Of a stretch of DNA of 64,000 nt, positions 1-13,941 are shown one piece after another. The stretch lies in assembly GCF_026571515.1 (NCBI RefSeq), contig NW_026858371.1:186001-250000 (forward strand). The letters are read 5' to 3'. The translations under genes were made by a program, and so were the position numbers. The DNA is from Ruditapes philippinarum (lineage: Eukaryota). Within the stretch, counting starts at the first letter, position 1; each line of letters begins with the position of its first letter. The notes below the pieces were generated by a model. The model made no database searches. It was not told where the DNA came from and worked only from the letters and a program-made list of their open reading frames with translations.

Positions 1-2696
1 TATATTGCTATAACGTGTAAACAAGTCATATATATACTCGGATGATTCCAAACATTTTATAATGCACACCTATGAAGAGAATAGAAAAGTACTAACAAAG
101 TATGGCTGAAATGAAATCTAAATTGTTACAGGGTATATTAATAACTTTCTCTATTTGTTGTATGCATTAACATTTAAGATTGAAAAATACACGATAAAAA
201 ACGACCTGTCACCTGTTTATACGGAAAGATAAATAAATACAAATTACTTAGATGCTGTTAATGTTTGAATCAATAATAAAAATAAATCAACTTTGTACAC
301 TTTTTATTGCACATTTGTTACACATTTGTACTTGTATTTACTGCTTTTTATTGATTGCAAACATTTGTATTAGATTCTCAGAGAATTCAATACATGACTG
401 GTCATTTAGCTTTTCAGAATTGTCAACAATTCTGAAAGAGAACGGGTTTAATACCAAAAATTAGCAAATAATTTCACCGTTTACATTTGTGATTTACCTG
501 TTTGACTTTCATCAAACCTATTATCGTTAATCGTTACGCTTTTGAACATTTCTGTTTTATGGCGTACTACAAATCCTGGATAGCTTCATAAATATCACTT
601 AATATGTATCTCTTTTTATTTTTATCTTAAATCATTGCAATGACAAACAGGTAAAATTTCTTTTCCAAATAATGGACAAAATACGTTTTAATCACATATT
701 TTATCAATGATACAGATGAACCAGAAAAGTATATTCGGTCTGTGATAAAGTATCAAAATATCAGAAGTCTAAGAACGGGCACCAAGGAAATCAAAGATCA
801 GGCCAATAAAATGATTAAGTGACCCAATTTATAGCAATATTATCAATATACTGTAAAAAATAAATATTTTTATACATGTTTTATTACAAACAACTTCATT
901 TGCATTTTGAACAAAATAAATAACGATTATAATGATGATTAATAGTCCGTTTCTGAATAAAAGAACTTTGCTTTCATGAATACAAAATTTACAAACAGAG
1001 CCAAAGGGTTCAAGTGCTATTGTAACCTGATAATGACTTAACTGTTCAATGTTAATCGTAAATCAATGGCAATGAAGTAAATTTATTTTATTTCCACAAA
1101 AACCTTCCTTTATTGGCAGTACACTTATATATTCCTTCATTTCTAGCGTCAGCAAAACTAAAACAAATACTTTACTCATCTCAATCCTTACATAGCTATA
1201 ATATATAACACATACGAAGGTATATAATGGCAAGTTCATCTTTGCAATAATATGATGGCTTTTAAGGTTCATTTGTTCATTATTTGTGATTTTGACATAA
1301 AGAAAAACTAACTTGCATGTATTTGTGCGTCTGTTCTTCACGTACACCTCGTGACATCCCGTGTATACATTCAATGAGCAGTCTCTTATATATTTTTTGT
1401 TTCTGTTTACTTGCACAAATGTCAGGCACTTATGCTCCCAGGGTTAAATTGTACTTTTATTAATTCTTACTGATAATCTGTACTATTTGACACTTTAGAG
1501 TTATGTATCTTGAAACACTTTTAAATTATTTTCATATTAGTATTTTTTTTTTCAAAATAAAAAGAAAAGCCGATCAAGTGAAAAAGACGTTTTTTGAAAC
1601 AAGTTCACTATCTTTTCAGTTTCAATTCTAAGTAAGACATTACTTTGAATGACAATCAACTAAATCTTCATCCAATGCTTTGATAGAAGCTATGTAAGCA
1701 TAATATCTAGTTGCTAAATACAAAAATCAAATAGAATTTGCTGAAGAAGGCATACGTCTAACAAATAGTTTTCCTAAAGCTACATTCATAGACTGTATTA
1801 TTAAAGAGATGCAATCTAAAAGCAAAAGATAAGCCATATAGTGCTCACCAGTTAGCCAGACATCATGTTAATCATCGTCATTTTACAGCTCTCTTTATAG
1901 TAAGAAAATACTGTAAATATAACAATTATTTTCCCTTAATATCTTCTGAATCTGTTTAAATAATTACATCATTACTTTTATCTGCTGCAAACAATAATTT
2001 CTGTTAAAATTATATTAGCTAATGACGTCACTTTTCTGTCTGAAACAGTAGCGTGGTTTTAAGATAAATAATATCCCAAGAACGCAGTAAACCCCCAGTA
2101 GTCAAACAAAATGAAATTGGATCTACTTGAATATCACTAATTCCTGGAATTGTTTACCCCAATATTTGCCTTGGCATCTTGCAATAGAACTTTTAAAAAC
2201 ATTTTTAAGTGCTACAAAACATAATTTTTTATAAATAACTTGATGTATTTCAATTTGTGCATGCATTTATCAATTAAAAATAAGATACTTTGATATTATG
2301 ATAGTAATGCCATGCTGTTTATAATAAGTAAAAAATAAAATATCGGTCAAATGAATAATGTAGTAATTTTGTAAGAGACAGAGACTTGTTTATTACCAAG
2401 TTAGCCCTAACTTTATCTCTTATTGGATCTAAGCAACGTTATGGTATAGGTAAAACAAGTACATGCTATATAATGATAATTATATCAAAAAGGTATAATA
2501 TACTACACATTTTAATTAAATTAGATTAAAAAATATTTGGTGAGGATATGGCAAGGTTAAGCACACTTTATTATAATAAGAAAAGTCAGTTACTTACACA
2601 GCATCATAGAAAATTGTTGGTTGCAACCCTTATACAGCACCACTCTGTTAATGAATATTCATTCTGGTTTAATGCAAGTGCTATACTTCCTGAGAT

Positions 2697-2786
2697 GGAA
2701 AAAAGTCCCTGCGGGATTCGAATTCACAGCGGCAGCGGAAAGATATTTGGAGTCAACGACTTTAACCACTCGGTCACGGACGCCCC
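2697..2786 (-). mobile_element. tRNA-derived SINE 5' head, truncated
   Basis: Reverse complement reads GGGGCGTCCGTGACCGAGTGGTTAAAGTCGTTGACTCC...TTCGAATCCCGCAGGGAC, with Pol III A-box and B-box; no complete cloverleaf. Paralogue at 13861-13941. Confidence 0.75.
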
Positions 2787-3538
2787 TAAAGTGACACAAT
2801 CCAATATTACATGTATTACTAACTAAGTAAGATTTGTCTTACTTAATCATTTTATAGATTATGTTGGTCCAGATTGGTACAGGTATATAAACAGGTTTAA
2901 CGTTAGAAACGTAAATATTTACTGTGTTGAGGCATAAAGTTGTAAGATGTCCTTTGCATGTTGTATAGCAAGTAAAAGGACAAATTGCAAAATTTCAGAA
3001 TTATAACCTTGAAATGAAATAAAGTTTTACACTTTAATTTTCTGAGATGTGTACGGAAATCATTATTATAGTCTTCCGTTCAAGTTCAATTTATCTATGA
3101 TAATTAACACCTGGGTGAAAAGTAATAATTTTCAAAACAAGCGTTTATCTTGTTACTGCTGGCAATTTTAGTGCAACAAAATTTACTACACTAAAAATCA
3201 ATGTAAGTAACATATCAAGTTTACTTTTGGAATTTATAAAGTCAGCTGAAGAGAAAATAGTTTACCGTGAAATGTCTAGTACATTGTAATAGAAGAATAA
3301 ACCTGTTATCATCTAAGCCATAGATAAAGATTTATTATGATAAATGTTGCGTTGTGCCTGTGTTGAAACAACAATTATCCTTCCACAGCTTTTGCAACTA
3401 AAACAATGAAAATAAAAGGTACATGCTGTTTGAATAAACTTAATAAGAAGTAATCTAAAAATGTCATTTCTGTCATTTGCAATATGAAAAACTGCCGAAG
3501 ACAACTTACACACTAATCATCCTGTAAAGATTTCTTTT

Positions 3539-5045
3539 TATTTCAAATTCATGTCCAAGACAAAACTTTTTGTTTTTTCCATTAGTTATTTAAAACATTT
3601 TACAAATCGAACAGGCAATTGTATTATAATATTTATTATGCATAATAAAACCATAGCTTGCCCGAAGAAAAAAAGACATAATTGAGTACATTTTACATGT
3701 ACATAGAAAAGCATTGTCTTGTGCATTCAGTGTGTATTATTTAAAGACGTAATGTATGATCTTATACAAGCGTTTCCAATTTAGAGAGTAAAAGAGCCTC
3801 CGTTTTATAAAACGAGGAAAGGATCTCAATAAATCATACAAGGATCGGTTGCTCGACACGTCAAAAAATCGCACTATAATAGCAGGAAACTGGATTTCAT
3901 ATACTTTTATTTTCATAAGTGCGCAGTTATTTCCGCGTGATTTATCTACCTCGCTATCTGCATTTATTTTCCAATGTCTTATTTTGGTATGGTTGTTGTC
4001 TACATATTTATATAGGGTCTATGTGGATAATAGATGACTTCATAAGAATGTGCATTTGGAATATTATATTTAAACTTATGAATAAATACATAGAACAAAT
4101 ACTTTACGGTATTTACCAGTAACCTGATAATCTATTCTCACGAGACAAAAATCAAAACAAGACAAAAAATATAAACTCCCATTCCCATTGATTATCTTTA
4201 TATCTCGTCATTGTGTTTTTTAATGTGTTTCTTAACAAGAATTAGTCCTGTTGAGGAATATGTTTGAATTGCATTGTATTTCAAATTCATGTCCAAGACA
4301 AAACTATTTGATTTTTCCGACAGTTATTTAAAACACTTTACAAATCAAACAGGTAATTTTATTATAATGTTTATTATTATATATTAAAACCATAGCTTGC
4401 CCGAAGTAAAAGAAATACATTATTGAGTACATTTTAAACAGAAAAGCATTGTCTAGAGCAGTCAGTGTGTATCATTTAAAGATTCTAGACGTAATTTATT
4501 ATCTTATACGAGCGGTTCCTATTTAGAGAGGTAGAGGTAAAACAGGCTCCGTGTTATAAACCGAGGAAAGGATTTCAATAAATCATACAAGGCTCGGTGA
4601 TTCGACACGTCAAATAATCGTACTATAATAGCAGGAAACTTGTTTATTTTATACTTTGATTTCCATAGTTGCGGGGTTATTTTCGCGTGATTTATGTACC
4701 TCTCTAAGTATCTGCATTTATACTCAATGTCTCATGTTGGTATGGTTGTTGTCTCTTCATATCTATAGTATATAGGGACTATGTGGATAATAGCTGACTT
4801 CATTAAAATGTGCATTTTGGGTACTATATGTTTACCTATAAATAAATGAATAGCAATAAACACTTAACGGTATTTACAGACATATACAAACAGTTACCTG
4901 ATAATCTATTCTCATGAGACAAAAATCAACCAAGACAAAATATTAGCTCCCATTCAAATTAGTTATTTTTATATATTGTCCATGTGTTTTTTAATGTGAA
5001 ACAAATCTTAGTCCTGTTCTGTTGAGGAGTATATGTCTGAATTGA
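3539..5045. repeat. Tandem duplication of a ~740-bp block (3539-4275 / 4278-5045)
   Basis: Both halves begin 'tttcaaattcatgtccaagacaaaact' and end 'gttgagga.tat..gt.tgaattg'. Confidence 0.9.
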
Positions 5046-6503
5046 ACAACGATTCGTTTATATCCATGGGATACGGCAATTTATACAATATCTAAGAAAG
5101 AAAACTACTTTGATAGCAAGATGTTACGAAATATAATCTGTCATATTATTTCATAGAAAAGACAATAATTTTCAATTATTCAATAATGCACAATCTTTTA
5201 AAAATTCCCAATAAATCCATTTGAATAACGATAAAAAGACGAAACAACAATTAAAATAGTCATTGTCATATTTAATTGGAATGTCTTGTTTCCAGTTATT
5301 AAGAGATGAAAAACGGTTTGAAAATCGGTAACTATAAATACATATATCCTTATATATTTGACCTAACGAAAACGCGTTACGTCATATTTTACTTTCATGT
5401 CTTATTAACCGACTTTTTATAATGTTAAAAACCAGCCATTTGATAAAAGGTACCGCATTTGAAAAAACACTAATCGTTTGAGTCGATCAATCTACCTTAT
5501 CCCTTACAATGTATCATCTTCCGTAATAGTCCTTTTAAAATATAAAATTCAGCATAATTTCTTTAAAATAAAATATAAATTAAACTTTTCTTATTCATTT
5601 TGTATATATTTTTTGTTCATTTTAAGAAACAGATCACAAATACAATTAATATTCAAAGTTTTCTTTTTAACTGTCTCTAGATAGAAGATTAACAGCAAAT
5701 ACTGTACAAATATATATGAATTCCTACTGAACATTTATCCACAAGTCATGATTAATCAGCATGTGCTTTCCTGTAAAATATATCAACCAGAAAGTATATA
5801 ACAAAAATCATTGATCAATGTTACAGAGGTTTGTTCCATTTCAGCAGTTCAAAATAATAACTGTTTTTTACAGAGAAAACAACTTATTTTCTTGATACGA
5901 AGAACATAATCATACAGCCTTGTCGGTGTCTGCTAAATGTTATTCCATATAAACGTATTAAGGCAGAGAACTTGAATCATGAAACTATCCGGTGTATAGC
6001 TATTTATCAATTGTTTTAAAACAACTTTATGTGTAGCTACATTCTACGAAAGGTTAAGTTTAAGAAATATCAGAATTTCGGATGATATTCATAAAACAGT
6101 CTCATCTAAATTATATTAAATCAGTAAAGGTAAAACATTTATCGTTGAAACTCGTTAGAAAAAATCAACACAATACTAAATTGATAAAACTGTTTTCGTA
6201 AACAACTTTTGCCCAACCGAAACAATGTTTGTCCAGACGAACATCCTAGGAAAAGTCATCCCGTATTGACATTCGATGAATAGTTCATTTGGTATATTGA
6301 TTATTATTACAATTCCTCAAATAATGTGATTTCAAACAGTGTTGAAATTTTTTTTAATAGAGCCCTTAACATAAAGTATAACAAAAGACAGAAACATAAA
6401 AAAACAGCTTTAAACTTTACATAAACTTATAGATTTAGACAAAAATCTATCAAGCTGTTCTGATATATCGATTCACGTGGTGCTCTCAATGAGTCAAACA
6501 ATA

Positions 6504-7588
6504 CTGTAAAATCATTATTATTCGTGGGGCACGAATTTTCGTGGTTTTCGTGGGAAGTCAATCCACGAATTTAAGATCCGACGAAATTATAACCCAACAA
6601 ATACTTCTTACCATGTCTCTGTTCTATATATTACAAACATGCGTCGGCACTTTTCCGGCCAATTTTCGTGAAATAAATGTATATACATACGGTACAGATA
6701 ATCAGGTTAGTGACAGATTAAATCCGTTTGCAATAGTTAAGAAACTTGACAAAAAATCTCGATTATATGTCCTCAATTTACTGTCACAAATGTAGGTCGC
6801 ATATACGCACTGATCGTTGTTAGAATACTTGACATAGTCAGTAAATAAGGGAACCCAGGCAATCCAATTAATTAGCGCTTATAAAAAATGTCAGTTTGTT
6901 CTTATTAATTAAGAAAAGTCTCTAATATTAATGTCGTAAGTACATAAAACTTTAAAAAATATAATCGCTAATACAGATGAATTGTACTTTCTTTTGTCGT
7001 TTTTTAAATGATCCAGTTTAAATGAATTTTAATCTGTATTTGTGTGAATGCAATTACGTAAACATCAAAGACGCCACAGACTTTTTCTAGATCCACATAT
7101 ACTTGTGTTATTTACACAGATTAATTCATATGCATGTAAATTTACACAGTCGCTGTGACGTTGCGTGTATTTACTGTCAAATATGAAAAGACCAATTCAG
7201 GGTGTAAACTTTTTAAACTCGCTGTTTAAAACGTGTCCGGTGTCGTATAAATCATGCATCGGCGAATTACAGGGGCAGTGTGTCTAATGGAGGTGCATAT
7301 CATGTCAAATAAATGTGTTAATTGCAGCCAATTATCGGGAGTAACTGTGCTATATAGGGTTATGCCCAGAGGCAAGGATTAAATTTATAGACAAGCGCTG
7401 TGTGACACGTTTTTAGATATGTACATTCTGTAAGTAAAAATGTTCCGCGATTAAGGTGAAGATTAGTTGCATTAGGTTACTAAATTTTTTACAAGAATAT
7501 GAAAATCCACGAATATAAGAACCCACGAAAATGCCCGTTTTGATAAAACCACGAAATTTCATGCCCACGAATAAAAGTGAATTCGCAG
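6504..7588. mobile_element. Non-autonomous DNA transposon (MITE) with TA target duplication, Tc1/mariner-like
   Basis: TA|CTGTAAAATCATTATTATTCGTGGGGCACGAATTTTCGTGGTTTT ... AAAACCACGAAATTTCATGCCCACGAATAAAAGTGAATTCGCAG|TA. Imperfect ~45-bp TIRs and repeated CCACGAA subterminal motifs. Confidence 0.85.
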
Positions 7589-7685
7589 TACTTTGTTACA
7601 GTTTGTGAGAAAACATGTTATTAATATTGTAGCTTTACTGATAATCCATTATAAAACATTAGACACTAAGTATTACCTAGCTTAC

Positions 7686-7765
7686 CTTTTTTCTTTTGGT
7701 CCTTCGGGATCATAGATTTCAGCAAGATAGTGTTGACCGATGTTAGGGAGAGGTATTGCACTCAT
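7686..7765 (-). CDS. Candidate isolated first coding exon (MSAIPLPNIGQHYLAEIYDPEGPKEK, phase 2)
   Basis: ATG-initiated open frame ending at a consensus donor AAG|GTAAG. No downstream exon identified. Confidence 0.25.
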
Positions 7766-9874
7766 GCAAAAACAATATTTATTAATTTTATATTTTCATT
7801 GCTTAGAAGGAATAACTCCTTTTCCAGATTTTTTTTTCTTTTTTGTGCTGTGAAGCATATAGAATGTATTTTATTATTCTTCATGCCAGTGTTGTCATAT
7901 TTTACTGCTTCTTCGGAATCAATGATTCTAATATTTCAATGTTAATGATTGGATACCGTTTACATCGGTGCTAGGTGGCGTGAAAGATGTAGCACCCCTC
8001 AATATATATCACGAACAGACCCTTCAGTTTTACCCTATTGCTTTTATTGGCATAGTTATCAATGGGATATCTTCGTCAGCTCAAATTATTGAACATAACT
8101 TTTCAGAAATTCCTTCCCATATCTGAATCCTAAATTATTTGACGTATAGCATTTACAACAAAATATTTTCATAATTAATTTTATAAATGAAAATGAATAT
8201 TCAACGGGGAAATACAAAACAGTCCATGCTAACATTATGTATTTGCATTGATTTCAAATCAGCTATAATTGTTGAAATGTTCCATTTGCTTCTGTATTTA
8301 CTAGCAAGAAAGACATTTCTGTATTATAGCAAGTAGATTAATTATTATCGGCTGCATTTAACATACATATAACTTATAAAATCGTGTCCATTTTAGCTTC
8401 AATGAGCATGTTATAATGAAACATATTTATCTTGGATCGGAAACTATTGATTAGATTTTATGTAATGTGATATTTTAAAATAATACACACATTGAGAGAA
8501 ATATAATAAGGAATGAAGTAAAAGAAGTATTCGATATTCTTAAATATTCAATTGTTTCATGGTTTTATTCTTCATTTTGATATAATTACGGTTAAATATT
8601 TTTCTTGTTTTTGTCTTAAATATGTTTTAGTTTTAATCTATTTTAATCTATTTTGTTTTTCTCTATTTTAATATCAAAACAAAAGTAATCAAAAAGATCA
8701 TTCTTATTTATCATTTTCTGCGTTTTATTGTTATATTTCAATTTCCATTTTTTTATATATTGATGTTCTTGATCATAATCTTTATATTTAATATTGATGT
8801 TCCAATTGTGATCATCATAGAGTACAATATTATGATATGAACAATCAAGTTAAACTATTGCAATATTATAAATGTTTACATTGAACAAAGTATTCTGAAT
8901 ATTTGCCCAGGATCTGATAAGAGAATAAGCGAACTATTTTCGTATTGTTACCAATAGCTTCAAATTCATCAGCAACAATTCCTCACAACCTGAAAAAAAC
9001 AGGTGTTGTTCAAAGCATGCTCGATAGCACAGTAATTTATTTCTTCGCGAACACGATACGTTTTATATTTATGTGCTTGAATGTTTATCTACCCTATTCA
9101 AAATAAAAACAATTGTGATCTAAATATATTTTAGTAAACAACACATGATTCATCGGACGCACTTAATTGTATAAAAAAAATAAGATTTTAGATTTTTGGA
9201 TTCGATATGATTGTATCTACGACTCTTTTTTCCCTAACGTTTCCCTCCTATTATTTTAATTTTCTTCAGGCATGTGTTTTTATTTGAAATATGCATTTCT
9301 AAATGTAAAGTCTCCTTGTTTTTTGCAGTTTTTAAAAGCTATTGTACAGTCAAATATTATCAATATTTGACAAGGTGCACCAATGCTAATTATTTTAGTC
9401 AATAGACGAAATACTTAAAAAGATATTTGGAAGCTAGAATTGGCAATCAGTCTGTTCAAAACACAATGTTAAACAAGGATTAAATCTGGCAAGACTACAT
9501 AATACCACTAGAAATAAAGAGCTATAAAGGTTTACATGGTTTTTGAATACATGAAAAGTGTAAAAAGTTCGATATCACAAGGACATCGAAGAAAGAGCGA
9601 ACTGACGTATTGATACGATTCCAATAGTTTTACAATAATGCCAAATCTCTACAACTTCAACTAAATAATAAATAAATCTAAATAATTCAGTGCTGTGTCG
9701 AAATATGTTCACATTTACAGAATTATAAAAACATACATGAGCAAAGGAACTTATATGGAAAATACTTTCTTTAATCTATTTGCAAATCATTAAGCATAGA
9801 AACGAACAAATAACTTTTGTATCATTTTCTTGTAAATGTTGATTTAAAAAAATCGATAAAGTGTTAAGTGATAT

Positions 9875-10311
9875 AGGATGAATATTTATATAACGAATAA
9901 TAATATTTTGTTTTATTATATACTTATAAATGAAATATTGAGAAATATTGATGAAATAAAATGCGTATTTTCATTTTCCGTATTTTCACTGTAAAAATTT
10001 ATTTTTCACTGCAGTGAAACATATTTTCCGTATTTTCACTGGTGTTTTGCCGGACTACTTTCTTTTAAATTCTGCCAGTACACAAAATTTAAGGGTAAGT
10101 CTTATAACTCTAATGTCAAAAAAAAGAAAATGTATATAATAAACAGAAAATTCAAGTTTTTTCTATAAATACATGATTTATTTTCATCTTGTGGCATGAA
10201 AATTACCATATTTCACTCGTGGCTACCGCCACTCATGAAATATTTATTTTCATACCACTCGATGAAAATAAATCATGTATTTATAGAAAAAACTTGAATA
10301 TCCTCTATTTA
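9875..10311. mobile_element. Palindromic non-autonomous repeat with a long terminal hairpin (unclassified)
   Basis: 38-bp perfect arms ttcaagttttttctataaatacatgatttattttcatc / gatgaaaataaatcatgtatttatagaaaaaacttgaa around a gtggc-tacc-gccac core. Ends in aatatcctctattta, like 20690-20810. Confidence 0.7.
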
Positions 10312-11611
10312 GAAGATTTTGTTATCCGTTAGATCTATATAAATGTATGAAAAATCCAATCATGTGTCTCACACTTTACAATTTCAGTGTATAATTTTCA
10401 GTGGTTTGTTATTATGTCTAATACTAAATAACATCAGAGTAAATTATTCATTGTATTACAGATCTTTCATTATATACAAATTCAATTAAAGCTAAAGCAT
10501 AGTTCTTACTATATTTCTAACGATATTTCCACATTGTTTTTTAATTAAGATATACTTTCTATTTACATATCTGTTATGCTATGTTTATTGAAAACAAAAG
10601 GTTAATTACTTTAAGTCATTTTCCAGATGAATACTTTTCTAGATAAAAGAACCTTTTTTGTTCTATTGTTACTTGTGAAGAAGATGTTTTAAAATAATTT
10701 CAGTGGTGCGGGAAAGACTGTTAACTTTATTGAATAAGACAAACTACTTAGCCAAGAATAGTACCGAAAACGAAAAGGATTGTAGCTACAACATTTGGTA
10801 TCTGCAAATATATCTTGTAATAACGTGTAAACAAACCATATATATTGGAATGATTTCAAACCTTTTATAATGCAAACGTTTGTGGTGTTCTATGAACAGA
10901 AAAGTGCTAACAAATTATGGCTGAAAAGAAATCTGAATTGTTAGAGGGTATATTAGTAACTTTCTAAAACAAATATCTTTCTCAAAATGTTGTTAAACAG
11001 TTTGTTGTATATATTTAAATTTAAGATTCAAATATACAAGATTATGAAACAAAACGATCTGTCACCTGTTTTATACGGAAATATGAAAAATACAAATTAC
11101 TTTGTTGCTATTTAAATTTGTATCAACAATAATTAATAATTAACTTTGTTCAGTTTGTATTGCACATTTGTATCATATTTGAACCTGAATTTACTGCTTT
11201 TTATTACTTGCATACATTTGTTTTAGATTCTCGGATGACACAACAAATGTAACTTAAAGATTACAATACATGATTGGTCTTTTAGCTTTTCAGAATTTTG
11301 AACAATTCTGAAAGAGAACACGTTTAATACGAAAAATTAGCAAATAATTACACCGTTTACTTTTGCCATATACCTGTTTGACTTTCATTTGCATTTTCTG
11401 TCAAATCTAATAGCGTTAATCGTTATGTTCTTGAACATTTCAGTTAAATTGCGGACTACATATAAACATAATAATCATGGATCGCTTCATAAAAATGTGT
11501 TACATATTAAAATCACTTATGTTTCTCTTTTAATCTGTACCTCAAATAATCGCAATGACAAACAAGTATTATTTATTTTTAAATAATGGACAAAATACGT
11601 TTTTAGCCATG

Positions 11612-11646
11612 TCAGGGTCTTTCAAATAGAATTTGAAAGACCCTGA
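11612..11646. repeat. 35-bp perfect palindrome absent from the paralogous site
   Basis: tcagggtctttcaaat-aga-atttgaaagaccctga; not present at ~690 in copy 1. Confidence 0.85.
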
Positions 11647-12713
11647 TCATATATTTTATCAATGATACTAATGAACCAGAAACCTGTAAAAAAGTATCAA
11701 ACTATCAAAAGTCTAAAAGGGGTCATTAAGGCAATCATAGATCAGACCAATAAAATGATTAAAAGCTCAGTGACCCAATTATGTAACAATATTAATAATA
11801 ACTGGTAAAAAATATTTTTAAACTTGCTTTTTGGACAAAATAAATTATAATTATAATAATGATTAATAGTCCTTTTCAAAGACCTTTGCTTTAATGAATA
11901 CAACATTTACTTTACGATGATATAGAAACAGAACATAAAAACACACGTGCCTTTGTTCAGTTTTAATCGTAAATCAATGGCAATGAAGTAAGTTTAATCT
12001 ATTGCTACAAAAACCTTCCTTTATTGACAGTAAACTTATATTTTCCTCCATTTCAAGCATCTGCAGAACTAAACAAATACTTTACGCACACAATCCTTAC
12101 ACGGCTGTATTATATAAGACATACGTAGGTTTATAACATCACGGTTATGGTGCAATAATATGATCATTGCTTTTAATTTCCACTCGTTCATAATTTGTGA
12201 TTTTGTCACAAAGAAAAAATAACCTGCACGTATAAGTGCGTCTGTTCTTTATGTACACCTCTCGTCCAAAGGGACAAACCGTGTATGCATTCAATGAGCA
12301 GTTTTTGTTTATATTTTTTGTTTCTGTTTTCTTGGATGATGCACATTTACCAGGCACTAATGCTCCGAGGTTTAAATTGTACTTTTATTTATTCTTACTG
12401 ATAATCTGTACTTATATAAACACTTTTATAGAGATCAGTAATATTTTCGAAATAAAAAGAAAAACGGATCAAGTGAAATAGCAGTTCTTTGAACGATTTC
12501 ACCACCTTTCAGTTTCAATCATAATGAAGACATTAGTCATTACTTTGAATAACAATCAACTAAATGGTTATGCATGCTTAGGTAAAAGCTGAGTAAGCAC
12601 ACATATCGAGTTGCTGAATACTTATTTGCTGAAGAAGGCATGCGTTAAACAAATATTCTTCCTTAAGCTACTTTCATAGGCTGTATTATTAAAAACTTAT
12701 ATAATATACAAAA

Positions 12714-12924
12714 CAACCTCCGTGGTCGAGGGGTTAGAGTCGATGACATCTAATCCAGTTACCTCTCTGGCGTGGGTTCAATCCACGGGAGATGCTTTGG
12801 TAGTTTTGCGCGGAGGAAGGTAGTCTAGTACTGGTGTAACTCTCCAGGAACGATGGTTAGGAAACTACCCGCCTATATGACTGAGATACTGGGAAAAGGC
12901 GTAAAATGAAACAAACAAACAAAC
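12714..12924 (+). mobile_element. tRNA-derived SINE (V-SINE-like) with (AAAC)n tail
   Basis: A-box tggtcgaggggtt, B-box gggttcaatcc, 3' tail cgcctatatgactgagatactg...ggcgtaaaa-(aaac)n. Empty site at ~1805 in copy 1. Confidence 0.8.
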
Positions 12925-13860
12925 ATTTCATCTAAAAGCAAAAGAAAGGCCATGTAGTGCGTATCCGTTAGCCAGACATCATGCTAATCATCGTCATTTT
13001 CAGCGTCTCCTTATAGTAAGAAAGTACTGTAAATATAATAATTATTTTCCCTTAATATCTTCTGAATCTGTTGAAATAATTAAATCATTACTTTTATCTG
13101 CTACTTGTATTTGCTGCAAACAATTATTTATTTCTGTTATAATTGGCTTCTGACGTCACTTTTCTGTCTGAAACATAAGCGGGGTTTATGATAAATAATA
13201 TCACAAGAACACAGTAAACAGAACTATTAAATTCCAGTAGTCATACAAAATGAAAATTGGATCTACTTGAATATCACTAATTCTTGGAATTTTACACCCC
13301 AATATTTTCCTTGAAACCTTGCAATAGAACATTTTGTAACATTTTTAAATAGATGAACTGCGTGCTTCAAGATATCATTCTCTATAAATAACTGGAAGAA
13401 TAAAAGATAATTTACAATTTTTGCATGAATTTGTCAATTAAAAATAAGTAACTTTGATATAATGATAGTAGTTCATGCTTTTTTTAATTTAATTAAGTAA
13501 AATGTAAAATATCTGTAAAATATAAGCTTTTGTTGTAATTTTGAAACAGACAGCGGTTTGTATATATAGAAGTTAGCCCTACCTTTATGCACAATTAGTG
13601 ACCACTTATTGGATCTAAGCAACGTTAAGCCATCAATAAGACAAATTTATGATATATAATGATAATAATATCAATACTGTATAATATACTAAGCATGTTG
13701 GTGCAAAATTAGATGAAAAATATCTGGTGAGGATATGGCAAGGTAAAGCACCCTTTAATATAATACGAAAAGTCAGTAACTTACACAGCATCCTAGGAAA
13801 TTGTCGGTTGCAACCCTTATTCATCCTGTTTCAATGTTTTATGCAAGTTCTGATAATGTA

Positions 13861-13941
13861 CTTGTGGGGATTCGAGCTCACAGCGGTGAGGGTAAGGATA
13901 TTTGGAGTCAACGACCTTAACTACTTGGTCACGGACGCCCC
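13861..13941 (-). mobile_element. tRNA-derived SINE 5' head, paralogue of 2697-2786
   Basis: Same A/B-box head at the equivalent position of duplication copy 2. Confidence 0.75.

Larger units (their letters stand above)
1..6405. repeat. Segmental duplication, copy 1 (probably extends left of the window)
   Basis: Collinear similarity to ~10810-17150, from 'taacgtgtaaacaa' (11/10821) to 'agagccct-aa-ataaagtat' (~6360/~17103). Confidence 0.92.

Noticed and set aside
1063-1416. 117-aa ORF with a partial paralogue at 12145-12357
   Set aside because: GTG start, frame not preserved in the duplicate, no domain; the similarity is explained by the DNA duplication.
2697-2786. tRNA gene (also 12714 and 13861)
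   Set aside because: Only A/B boxes continuing into SINE sequence; no complete cloverleaf.
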